A DNA stretch of 64,000 bases, taken from IMG/VR virus record IMGVR_UViG_3300029288_000150, positions 1 to 64,000 of that record. One strand, given 5' to 3'. Both the position numbers and the translations under genes were made by a program. Source of the stretch: a virus. Its lineage: Duplodnaviria > Caudoviricetes. Under the pieces are notes generated by a model, which saw only the letters and a program-made list of their open reading frames with translations, had not been told where the DNA came from and searched no databases. Position 1 is the first letter of the stretch; each line of letters begins with the position of its first letter. Positions 17,305 to 25,711 of the stretch are shown piece after piece.

Positions 17305-18099
17305 TTACTTCCTGTTGGGGTCCCGCATGTAGGCCAGGGCCTGCTCCCGGGCCCAGCTCCAATGCTGGGGGCTGGTGGCGTCTGCCCACGTCCAGGCCCT
17401 GTTGCCGCTGGCCTGGCGGATGGCATACAGCAGGTGCCCCGTGCTCTTGAAAAACTCTGTTTCCAGGTGGGCGTTGATCGCCCCCAGGAAAGCCTCGGGC
17501 AGGGTCGCCCCATCGGGGTCGGCCGGCCCGGGTTCCTCGGCGGCGGGCGGCTCCGGCTCCGGATCGGGCTCGGGCGGGGCTTGCAGCGCCGCACCGTCCC
17601 GGCGCTGCGCCTGCGTGACGGCGCAGGTGTGGCCCGGCGCCGGGAGGGCCTCGTCGGTCGTGCGGGGCGGGGCGGCGGGCAGGTCCATGCCAAAGAGGGT
17701 CATGCCTTCCACCACCAGGCCCAGCAGGGCCCGGATGGCCCGCAACTCGCCCAGGACCTCGCCCAGGTCGACGGCGGCCGGGGCCTGACCGGCGCTGGCC
17801 TGGTCCACCGGCTCCAGGTATTGCACGTCCCGATAAGGGTTGCCGTCTTTGTTGAGTTTGCCCGGCTCGGTATAGTGAGCCCAGAAGCGGGCGTGGACCC
17901 GCTGGCCCGCTTTCAGGCCGTTGGGGTCGATGCCCACGGCCAGCAGGGCGGACAAATCGAACAGGCGGAGCACCTCGAACTGCAGGCGGGTGTCCGTGCT
18001 GAACAACTTAACGATGGCCTTGCCGCCCTTGAACGTCTCGCTCAACTCCAGGGAGCCGATGAGCTCCCGCTTGATTTGACCGTTGCCGTTGTCTGTCAT
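17305..18099 (-). CDS. Hypothetical protein (beta-rich N-terminal domain, Pro-rich linker)
   Basis: AAGGA RBS before MTDNG; fold not identified. Confidence 0.6.
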   Translation of the reverse strand: MTDNGNGQIKRELIGSLELSETFKGGKAIVKLFSTDTRLQFEVLRLFDLSALLAVGIDPNGLKAGQRVHARFWAHYTEPGKLNKDGNPYRDVQYLEPVDQASAGQAPAAVDLGEVLGELRAIRALLGLVVEGMTLFGMDLPAAPPRTTDEALPAPGHTCAVTQAQRRDGAALQAPPEPDPEPEPPAAEEPGPADPDGATLPEAFLGAINAHLETEFFKSTGHLLYAIRQASGNRAWTWADATSPQHWSWAREQALAYMRDPNRK

Positions 18100-18152
18100 G
18101 GGGGAGATCCTTTCTGCCCGGGTACGAGGCCCCCGGGCGGGCACTTCCTCTG

Positions 18153-18653
18153 CTACGCGGCGGCCAGGGCCCCGGCCGGGCGGGTCTTGCCGCCCTGGGG
18201 GACCACCTGGGAGCCGTACATCTGGCGCAGGTCGTCGAAGTCCATCTCGCTGTACTTGCGCCTGTAGTCAAACTTGCGCCAGTACCACATGACCCGCTTG
18301 GAGTGCCAGGAGCACCCGGCGGCCTTGAGTTGGTCCTTGACCGGCCGGGTATCGCCCGAGACCCAGATCCAGCGGCCGATGATCTCAATCTCAATCCCCT
18401 CCAGCCCCAGGGCCAGGAGCTCGGCCACCTTGTCCACCACCTCCTGCTCGGCTTGGAAGTCGTAGCGGTAGACGTGCTCCTTGCCGTCGCTGCCCCGGGT
18501 GGCCTGCCCGTTCAGGGCCTCCAGGCGGGCGTGGTAAGCGGCGTTCACTTCCTGCATGGTCCGGGTGCTGCCGCCCCGGTCGGGGTGATGCAGCTTGGCC
18601 AATTGGCGATACAGGGCCTTTACTTCGGCCACGGTCTTGCACCTGTCAAACAT
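18153..18653 (-). CDS. J-domain (DnaJ-like) protein
   Basis: YRQLAKLHHPDRGG...MQEVNAAY with HPD motif. Confidence 0.9.
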   Translation of the reverse strand: MFDRCKTVAEVKALYRQLAKLHHPDRGGSTRTMQEVNAAYHARLEALNGQATRGSDGKEHVYRYDFQAEQEVVDKVAELLALGLEGIEIEIIGRWIWVSGDTRPVKDQLKAAGCSWHSKRVMWYWRKFDYRRKYSEMDFDDLRQMYGSQVVPQGGKTRPAGALAAA

Positions 18654-18708
18654 GGTCGGTCTCCTTCAAATGGGGAGCCGCCCGGCTTGCACGCCGGGCG
18701 GCTTTGTG

Positions 18709-19356
18709 TTACAATGACCGTGGTCGGTCTCCGTTTCGTGGGGACGTAGAGGCCGGGAGCGTGGGGGCGCTCCCGGCCTCGTCGTTGGTGGCGTCCTCGG
18801 CCTCCAGGCGGGCCGTCTTGACAAACAAGGCCACGGCCAGGCGATGGGTGCACCAGCCGCCGTCCTGGGGGTCAAAGTCGAGGCAGGGGCAGGTGCCGTT
18901 CACGATAAAGGCCGTCCCCCAGCTCGTCACCCGGAAGTTGCCGCCCCGCAGGGGCTCGACCTGCCCGCCCCGCACCAGGGGCAGGGCCTCCTGCAGCCGC
19001 TTGAGTGTCCGCTTGTCGCCCTTGAACGCCGCCCGGGCCGCCAAGTAGGCCCGGTCCAGGGCGGAGGGGCGGGGCGGGGCGATGGGGGCCGGGTCCCGGA
19101 GGCCGGCCTCGACCTCCAGGGCGGCCTGGCGCTCGGCCATCACCCGATCGACGTCGGCCACGCCGGTCAGCGTCTTGGTGTAGTGGACGGCGCCCCGGAT
19201 GCTCTCCAGGGTCGTGTAGTAGGCCAGGACCTCGGACAGGTCCTCGTCGCTCTCGATAACCTGGGGGTCAAGGAAAACCTTGATCGGCGGGTCGTAGCGG
19301 GGGCCGTACCTGTCCAGGATCAGGCGGGCGGGGTAACTGACTTTCGTCGTGTCCAT
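18709..19356 (-). CDS. SWIM zinc-finger protein
   Basis: CPCLDF...WCTHRLAV (CxC...CxH). Confidence 0.75.
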   Translation of the reverse strand: MDTTKVSYPARLILDRYGPRYDPPIKVFLDPQVIESDEDLSEVLAYYTTLESIRGAVHYTKTLTGVADVDRVMAERQAALEVEAGLRDPAPIAPPRPSALDRAYLAARAAFKGDKRTLKRLQEALPLVRGGQVEPLRGGNFRVTSWGTAFIVNGTCPCLDFDPQDGGWCTHRLAVALFVKTARLEAEDATNDEAGSAPTLPASTSPRNGDRPRSL

Positions 19357-19375
19357 CGTTGGGCTCCTTTCGTGG

Positions 19376-19552
19376 CTAGTATGGCGCGATTGTGCCATCG
19401 GGGGCCACCATCGCGTCGTCGTAACGATCCGGTTCACCGCTATCGACCCACCGGCCGGAGCCGTGGGCGGAGCTGTACTTGTTGCGCTCCTCGTCCTCGC
19501 GGGCGGTGTCCCGTAGCATCTGCTCAAAGTCCCGATCCAGTTGATCACTCAT
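19376..19552 (-). CDS. 58-aa acidic hypothetical protein
   Basis: Hand translation MSDQLDRDFEQMLRDTARED...; AAGGAG RBS. Confidence 0.55.
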   Translation of the reverse strand: MSDQLDRDFEQMLRDTAREDEERNKYSSAHGSGRWVDSGEPDRYDDAMVAPDGTIAPY

Positions 19553-19652
19553 CGTCTGCTCCTTCTGCGCGTTACGGTCGCGCCCCCGGCCAGTCCTACC
19601 CGATGTAGGCGATTGGTTGTTAAGTCTACTTCGCTAACTAAGTTATGACGCC

Positions 19653-19797
19653 ATTTTACACTATAAATGGACGTTTGTCAATAGGCAATTTGCCTATTTG
19701 TGGACGATTGTCCCGCCAGTTTGGTTAAGAAGGTTAAAGCCGCCCGGCAAATCGGCCAAACTGGGGCGTTGACAATTGTCCTCGCCTGTGATATACT
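19653..19797. promoter_or_regulatory. Divergent sigma70 promoters with operators
   Basis: Minus TTGACA (19681-19676)-17-TAAAAT; plus TTGACA (19769)-17-TATACT (19792); operators at 19700 and 19768; palindrome ATAGGCAATTTGCCTAT 19681-19697. Confidence 0.85.
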
Positions 19798-19830
19798 TAG
19801 CTAACTCTGCTCGGCAATAGGGAGGGTTGA

Positions 19831-20112
19831 ATGACGTATGACGTTAGGGAAATAGTCTACCGCCAGGCGGTGGGCCTGGAGCCGGGGGACCTGCTGACCA
19901 TCAAGGCTGCCGCCCAGGCCCTGCAGATGACCATGCCCGGAGTGATCGCCGCCATCAACCGCGGCGAGATGACCGAGGTGCTGGACAGGGACGCCCGCCA
20001 CCCGTACCACGAGCGCCGCTTCGTGCTCCGCGAGGACGTGGAGCGCGTGGCCAGGCGGCGGGGCCTGGAGGTGGCCGGCGCCGGGGAGGGGAGGGGCGAT
20101 GGCCAGCAATAG
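19831..20112 (+). CDS. Excisionase/MerR-like HTH protein (candidate RDF)
   Basis: LLTIKAAAQALQMTMPGVIAAINRG...RFVLREDVER; upstream of integrase. Confidence 0.65.
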   Translation: MTYDVREIVYRQAVGLEPGDLLTIKAAAQALQMTMPGVIAAINRGEMTEVLDRDARHPYHERRFVLREDVERVARRRGLEVAGAGEGRGDGQQ

Positions 20113-20308
20113 CCAACGTTGGGAGCGACTCGCGGTGGCCCTGGTCTACCTGGCCTGGGCCGCCGTGTGGGGCGGGCTGATCTGGTACGGGGAAACCCGG
20201 GAGGCCGGTTGGGCCTGGGGGTTCGGTGCCGTCATCATGATTGCGCCCCTGGTGCTGCTGTCCCTGCTGACCGGTAGGATCTCGGACGGCCTCGACGAGG
20301 GGCCCTAG
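20099..20308 (+). CDS. Small two-TM protein
   Basis: Two hydrophobic helices. Confidence 0.55.
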   Translation: MASNSQRWERLAVALVYLAWAAVWGGLIWYGETREAGWAWGFGAVIMIAPLVLLSLLTGRISDGLDEGP

Positions 20309-20311
20309 AGC

Positions 20312-21958
20312 ATGCCCGCTGACTGCCCCCTGCCCGCCGGCTCGACCGTGGCCGGCTACGGCCGCGACTCGGGCGGCCGCGATCAGGACCGCTCGGTCCT
20401 CCAGCAGCGGGCCGAGATCGAGGCGTACTGCCGCGACCGGGGCCTGGCCCTGGTGCGGTGGTTCGCCGACGAGGCCCGCCCCGGCTCCTCGGTCATCGGC
20501 CGGGACGCCTTCCTGGAGATGATCGCCTGGCTCCGCCGCCTGGCCCCCGAGCCCGAGCGGCGCCGGTCCCGCCGGGGCGACGGCCGCGACCCCGACGCCC
20601 CCGACGGCGTCCTGTTCTGGTCCCTGGCCAGGAGCGCCCGGGAGCAGGACGACCGCGCCTACTTCTGGGCCGACCTCCGCCGGCGGGGCTACACCGTCTT
20701 TTCCGTGACCGATGGCATCCCGGGCGGGGACCTGGCGCCCGTCGTCGAGAGCCTGTTCGCCTGGCAGGCGGAGCAGTACCTCCAGCAGCTCTCCCGGGAG
20801 GTGACCCGCGGGATGCGCGATATGGTCACCCGCCGGGGGCCCGACGGGGAGTACCTCAACTGCTGGAACAACCACCCGCCGCCCGGCTTCCGGGCCGAGC
20901 CCCGGACGATCGGCGCCCGCCGCGACGGCCGGCCCCACGTCGTGCGCTGCCTGGTGCCCGACCGGGACGGGCTGTGGGAGCCCGTCCGGCGGGCCTTTGC
21001 CCTGCGGGCCGCGGGCCTGTCGGTGCGCCAGATCGAGGCCGAGTTGGGCCTGGGGTGGAGCCGGCAGCGATACGGCCACCTGTTCCGCAACCCCATCTAC
21101 GCCGGGCGCCTGGAGTATGGCGACCTGGTCATCGACGGCTGGATCGAGCCCGCCGTCGACCCCGCCACCTGGGCCGCCGTCCAGGACATTTGCCGGAACC
21201 ACGACGCCTTTCAGCGCCGGGCCCGCTCCCGGCCCCGATCGGCTTATCCCCTGTCGGGCCTGTTGCGCTGCCCCGTCGACGGGGCGGCCATGACCGGCTC
21301 GAGTTGCCGGGGGCCCGTCCCCGGGGCGCCGCCGTACCGCTACTATCGCTGTAGCCACTACGGCGACGGCGGGGCCTGCGCCCACTCCCGGGGCCTGCGG
21401 GCCGACTACCTGGAGCCGGCGGTCTATGGCGCCCTGGCCCGGGACGTCCTGACCCCCGAGGCCCTGCGGGCGGCCCTGGAGGGCGGCGGCCCGGCCGAGC
21501 TGAACGGCGCCCGGGCCGAGCTGGCCGCCGCCGAGAAGCGGGTGGCGGACCTGGAGCGGGCGACGGGCCGGCTCCTGGAGGCCATCGAGGGCCTGGGGGG
21601 AGAGGGGCAGCCCGTGGCCGTGCTGGCCGAGCGCCTGGCCGCCCGCCAGGCCGAGCGCCTGGAGGCCGAGGCGGAGTTGCGGGCCGCCCGGGCGCGGCTG
21701 TCGGGGGGTTGCGAGCCCGTGCCCCCCGAGGTCCTGGCCGACTTTTGCCGGGACGCGGCCCGGGTCCTGGAGGAGGGCGAGCCGGGGGCCGTCCGGGATC
21801 TCCTGGAGGTGATCGTGGTCCGCATCGTGGCCCGCACCGACGGCACGGGCGAGATCCACTACCGGCCCCTGGGCGAGCTGCCCGGCCGGGCCCCTGCCGC
21901 CGTGGCCCCGTTCCACTGGTTCCCCGGGGGCCGGGGCTTCAAGCGGCCGGCGGTCTGA
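20312..21958 (+). CDS. Large serine recombinase (integrase)
   Basis: Catalytic YGRDS, DEARPGSS...RDAF, recombinase domain FRNPIYAG, zinc ribbon LLRCPVDG...YYRC, coiled coil. Confidence 0.95.
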   Translation: MPADCPLPAGSTVAGYGRDSGGRDQDRSVLQQRAEIEAYCRDRGLALVRWFADEARPGSSVIGRDAFLEMIAWLRRLAPEPERRRSRRGDGRDPDAPDGVLFWSLARSAREQDDRAYFWADLRRRGYTVFSVTDGIPGGDLAPVVESLFAWQAEQYLQQLSREVTRGMRDMVTRRGPDGEYLNCWNNHPPPGFRAEPRTIGARRDGRPHVVRCLVPDRDGLWEPVRRAFALRAAGLSVRQIEAELGLGWSRQRYGHLFRNPIYAGRLEYGDLVIDGWIEPAVDPATWAAVQDICRNHDAFQRRARSRPRSAYPLSGLLRCPVDGAAMTGSSCRGPVPGAPPYRYYRCSHYGDGGACAHSRGLRADYLEPAVYGALARDVLTPEALRAALEGGGPAELNGARAELAAAEKRVADLERATGRLLEAIEGLGGEGQPVAVLAERLAARQAERLEAEAELRAARARLSGGCEPVPPEVLADFCRDAARVLEEGEPGAVRDLLEVIVVRIVARTDGTGEIHYRPLGELPGRAPAAVAPFHWFPGGRGFKRPAV

Positions 21959-22007
21959 TTTTGTGTTAAGGCAAACTCTGGCCCCATAATTTGCCTAAAC
22001 GCAAAAT
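21958..22007. other. Candidate attP site
   Basis: 50-bp imperfect inverted repeat, 18-bp arms 16/18 identical, 14-bp spacer, directly after integrase stop. Confidence 0.65.
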
Positions 22008-22028
22008 TGACAGGTGCATGACAAATGC

Positions 22029-22111
22029 TTGACAGCCCCCCGGCTTTGTGATATACTATCACCGGCGACGAGGCGATATTTTTTTATCGCAATGGTGGAC
22101 AATTGTCCACC
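22029..22111 (+). promoter_or_regulatory. Lysis-operon promoter with perfect palindromic operator
   Basis: TTGACA (22029)-17-TATACT (22052); GGTGGACAATTGTCCACC 22094-22111. Confidence 0.85.
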
Positions 22112-22156
22112 GGCCCGCCCGGGCCGATGGACAGGGGCAAGGGAGCAGGGAGGGGA

Positions 22157-22828
22157 ATGGAGTTCCTGGTCCGTGGCAACGACGGCAACGTCTGGGTGTA
22201 CGACGACCTGGACGAGTACCTGCGGGGCGTGGGGGAGGTGCCGGCCCTGTGGGAGCCGGCCGTCGTCCAGGCCCAGATGGTCGCCGCCCGCTCCTATGCC
22301 GCCTTTGCCTACGAGCATCCCCGCCACGACGATTGCCACCTGTGCGCCCGGCCCCATTGCCAGAGTTGGGGCAACCGGCACCACTACGCCCGGGACAGGG
22401 CCATCGAGGCCACCCGGGGGCTGGTGCTGTACTACGTCGGCCCCAGCCCGCCCCGGGGCTCCCGCTCGCCCATAGTCTGTCAAACGTTCTACTCGGCCCG
22501 CTGCGGCGGCCGGACGGGCACGCGGGACGAGGAGACCGGGATATGGGTTCCCGTGTGGAACCCACCCGCCGCCCCGTGGTGCAAGATCGTCGAGTGCCCC
22601 TGCCCCGTCCTGCCGGGCTGGCAGGGGGAGACGACCCAGCGCCACGGCCACGGGATCGGCCTCTGCCAGTGGGGCGCCCGGGTCCTGGCCCGGCGGGGCT
22701 ACACCTTCCGCCAGATCCTCCAGCATTACTTTGCGGATTTTGCCCTGGGCATTTACGGCCAGGGCCCGTCCTGCCCCGAGAAGCCGGGCCAGGACATAGA
22801 ACACACTGACCCAGGAGGTGACCGATGA
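22157..22828 (+). CDS. SpoIID/LytB-family lytic transglycosylase (probable endolysin)
   Basis: DEYLRGVGEV, QAQMVAARSYA, YSARCGG, GHGIGLCQWGA, FRQILQHYF; precedes holin-like gene. Confidence 0.85.
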   Translation: MEFLVRGNDGNVWVYDDLDEYLRGVGEVPALWEPAVVQAQMVAARSYAAFAYEHPRHDDCHLCARPHCQSWGNRHHYARDRAIEATRGLVLYYVGPSPPRGSRSPIVCQTFYSARCGGRTGTRDEETGIWVPVWNPPAAPWCKIVECPCPVLPGWQGETTQRHGHGIGLCQWGARVLARRGYTFRQILQHYFADFALGIYGQGPSCPEKPGQDIEHTDPGGDR

Positions 22829-23286
22829 TCCGCTCGTTTCGCAACCGCTACCGAGTGAGGGCGATCCTGATCGTCGCCCTGGTGCTGGCCCTGTCGCTGC
22901 TGGCCGGCGTCCTGTTCCCGGCCCTGGCTCAGGGCCCCGACGGCGAGGAGGTGCCGACGGTTGACGCCTTCCTCCAGTTTATCGCCTCGGGCGGCGTGGC
23001 TGCCGCCGTGGCCGTGCTCCTGTCGTTCCTCGTCGAGAACTGGGCCGGCTACGAGGCTTTGGCACCCCGATTCAAACGCTACATTTACGGGGCGCTGTGT
23101 TTTGTCGTGCCGGTTGGCGCCGTGCTTCTGCGCTGGGCGTTCGGCTACGTGCCACTGACCCTTGACCCGCTCATCTGGCACGCCCTATGGTATGGCGCCG
23201 GGGCCTTTGGCGTAGGCACGGCGGTTCACGGACTCAAGTTGTCCCGGTATCCCAGTGCGTTCCCGACAAAGGCCCGCCGGGCATAG
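22825..23286 (+). CDS. Holin-like multi-TM protein
   Basis: Four hydrophobic segments, basic C-terminus, next to lysin. Confidence 0.55.
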   Translation: MIRSFRNRYRVRAILIVALVLALSLLAGVLFPALAQGPDGEEVPTVDAFLQFIASGGVAAAVAVLLSFLVENWAGYEALAPRFKRYIYGALCFVVPVGAVLLRWAFGYVPLTLDPLIWHALWYGAGAFGVGTAVHGLKLSRYPSAFPTKARRA

Positions 23287-23319
23287 GGTCCCTACGGCGG
23301 CCAGGAGGCGCCCCGCACA

Positions 23320-23712
23320 ATGGACAACACCCCCTCGCTGTTGATCGCAATCGTCGCCGCCCTTCCCGGCCTCCTGGCCGCCGTGGTGGCCTGGAGACAG
23401 GCCCGCTCCGCCGCTGCCCGCTCTGACGTGGCGGCCCTGGTCGAGACGGTCAAGTCCCTCCAGGAGGAGAACGCCCGCCTGCGGGCGTGCGTCGAGGACC
23501 TGGAAAAGGATTACAAACTCCTCCGGGCCGAGCACCTGGACCTGGGGCGGCGGCTGGCCGAGACCCAGGCCGAGCTCCAGCGGGCCCAGGCCGAAAACAA
23601 GAGCTTGCGGGCGGAGAACGGCAAGTGGAAAGCTCGCGTCCAGGCGCTGGAGACGGACCTGGAGCGGCTGCGGGCGCGGTTGGAGCCGCCCGGGGCGGGC
23701 GGGGCGGAATGA
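23320..23712 (+). CDS. N-terminal TM plus coiled-coil protein (lysis accessory)
   Basis: One TM then long heptad repeat. Confidence 0.6.
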   Translation: MDNTPSLLIAIVAALPGLLAAVVAWRQARSAAARSDVAALVETVKSLQEENARLRACVEDLEKDYKLLRAEHLDLGRRLAETQAELQRAQAENKSLRAENGKWKARVQALETDLERLRARLEPPGAGGAE

Positions 23713-24587
23713 GCGAGCCAGGGGCCGCCCCCAGCCCCGCCGCCCGGCGACCTGCCCGCCGCTCGGTGCGCCGTTTCGTGGTCCTGTCGGACACGCACAT
23801 CGGATCGACGGCGGGTTGCTGGCCCGGAGCCCACGCCGTCGAGGGTGGCGGGGAGTATCACGCCAACAAGTACCAGCTCTGGCTTGCCGCTTGCTGGGAC
23901 AAGATGCTGGCCGAGGTGGCGACGTTCCGCCCCCGGCCGGTCGTGATCGTCAACGGTGATTCCCTGCAGGGGGTCAACCCCCGGGATGGGCAGCTCGTTA
24001 CCAACAACATCGCCGTGCAGGTGCAGGCGGCCCTGGCCCTGTATGGGCCCTTGCGGGCCATGGCCTCACGGTTCTACATGGTCCGGGGCACGGAATGGCA
24101 CGAGGGCAGGGCCTCGGAGTATGTCGAGCTCCTGGCCCAGCAGCTAAAGGCCGAACGCGACCCGGCCACGGGACAATACTCCTGGTGGGAGTTGTACCTG
24201 GACGCCGAGCCGGGCGGGGGCGGGCCCGTGATGCACTTTGCCCACCACGTCGGGGTCTCGTCGGTGCCCTGGTACGAGGCGACGGTCCCCCTCCGGGACA
24301 CGCTCCTCCAACTCTCGGAGTTGTGGCGGTTCTACGGCAAGCGGGCGCCCAACCTGCGGATGGTCATTCGCTCCCACCGCCACCGCCACATTCACGTCGA
24401 CGCCCCGCCCGACATCCACGCCCTGGTCACGCCCGCCTGGCAGCTCAAGACGGCATTCGCCCACAAAAAGGCGGCCAGTATGGTGCCCCAGGTGGGCTAT
24501 GTCATCATCGAGTGGGACGGCCTCGACCTGGTGCCCAAGAAACGGGTCTTTGCCCTGCCTGACCTGCACGTCGAGGTGCTCCGGTGA
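23709..24587 (+). CDS. Calcineurin-like metallophosphoesterase
   Basis: SDTHIG, NGD, GTEWH, AHH, SHRH motifs. Confidence 0.85.
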   Translation: MSEPGAAPSPAARRPARRSVRRFVVLSDTHIGSTAGCWPGAHAVEGGGEYHANKYQLWLAACWDKMLAEVATFRPRPVVIVNGDSLQGVNPRDGQLVTNNIAVQVQAALALYGPLRAMASRFYMVRGTEWHEGRASEYVELLAQQLKAERDPATGQYSWWELYLDAEPGGGGPVMHFAHHVGVSSVPWYEATVPLRDTLLQLSELWRFYGKRAPNLRMVIRSHRHRHIHVDAPPDIHALVTPAWQLKTAFAHKKAASMVPQVGYVIIEWDGLDLVPKKRVFALPDLHVEVLR

Positions 24588-24874
24588 TTATCAACGTCCC
24601 GGCCAACTTTACCCTGGACGAGCTGCTGGCCCACCTGCGGGCCGAGGCGGAGCCGGGGCAGGCTGAGGGCTACTGCTCGACGGCGGACTGGGCGCGGCGG
24701 TTCGATGTGAGCGAGAAACGAATGAGGGACATCCTCGGCGAGGCCAAGGCACAGGGCAAGCTCCTGTGCCGCCAGGTCCGCCGCGAGCGGCTGGACGGCT
24801 CGGCGGGACGGCTGCCGGTGTATGCGTTTGACCTGTCAGAAGGGGAACCGGGCCCCCAGGGGGAGGAGCCTTGA
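24584..24874 (+). CDS. Putative HTH protein
   Basis: STADWARRFDVSEKRMRDIL; overlaps upstream stop. Confidence 0.55.
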   Translation: MIINVPANFTLDELLAHLRAEAEPGQAEGYCSTADWARRFDVSEKRMRDILGEAKAQGKLLCRQVRRERLDGSAGRLPVYAFDLSEGEPGPQGEEP

Positions 24875-25057
24875 CAGATAGAACCGGCGCGGCGCATCCG
24901 CGACGCTGGCCTGATGCCCTACCGGCGGAGTGGTGGCCACCTGCGGGCCAAAGCCCGGCAGTCCACCCGCCCCGGGGCGTCCCCCGACGTGGGGCCGGCC
25001 AGTATGCGGTATCTCGGGGCCGTCGCCCTATGCGGCCGGGCCGGTCTATTGCGCCCT

Positions 25058-25086
25058 ATTGTAACACACTATACAGGAATTGTCAA
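25058..25086 (-). promoter_or_regulatory. Antisense-oriented sigma70 promoter
   Basis: Minus TTGACA (25086-25081)-17-TACAAT (25063-25058) in an AT-rich patch. Confidence 0.55.
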
Positions 25087-25117
25087 GGTTTTGTAACAAT
25101 TGTGGGGAGGGCGTGAG

Positions 25118-25414
25118 GTGGGCGTGAGTCAGAAGCGAGCCGTAGGCGAGCCGCCCGCGAACCGGCCCCCGGCCGTGCGGGCGGGGCTGGACCTGCTGGG
25201 CTTCGAGCTGGACGGGGTCTCCTGGCAGTCCCTGGAGGCTGAGCACCCGGCGCTGGCCGGGGCGGTGGCCGAGGTGGTCAACGAGGGCTACAGCCCGGGC
25301 CAGATCCGCCAGTACGTCATGCAGCGGGGCCTGCCCGTGGAGTGGGCCCGCTGGCTGGAGCAGGCCGCCCGCTACGTGGCGGCCCTGGGGGACGCCGGGG
25401 GCCTTTTAACGTGA
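25118..25414 (+). CDS. Hypothetical protein
   Basis: GGAGG upstream, plausible helical protein. Confidence 0.5.
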   Translation: MGVSQKRAVGEPPANRPPAVRAGLDLLGFELDGVSWQSLEAEHPALAGAVAEVVNEGYSPGQIRQYVMQRGLPVEWARWLEQAARYVAALGDAGGLLT

Positions 25415-25711
25415 TACCCAATTGTCGGGGCGGATCAATGGAGGGTGTAGCCTCCAGGCCGGGTGGTCATGAGGTGCTGGACTTGGGCCAGATAGTTCTG
25501 CCCGCGAAAGGGGCAGCCACTCCGCCCAACGGTATAGAGGCCGTCCCCTGGCATGGCCCGGCACGCTGCCAGGAAACGGGCGGCCCCAATGTGCTGACTT
25601 TTTCTGCCGCCTGGCAAGCGGCCTTTTTCTCTCCTCCTTGCGAGCCGGGCAGGCGGGGCTTAACTCCTTTCACCCGTCCTGCCCGGCAGGGGAGGGCTAA
25701 CGCGAGGATAG

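Noticed and set aside
24871-25116. 81-aa ORF with TTG start and RBS overlapping the upstream stop
   Set aside because: Low-complexity Pro/Arg product running through an AT-rich promoter patch; not supportable though not excluded
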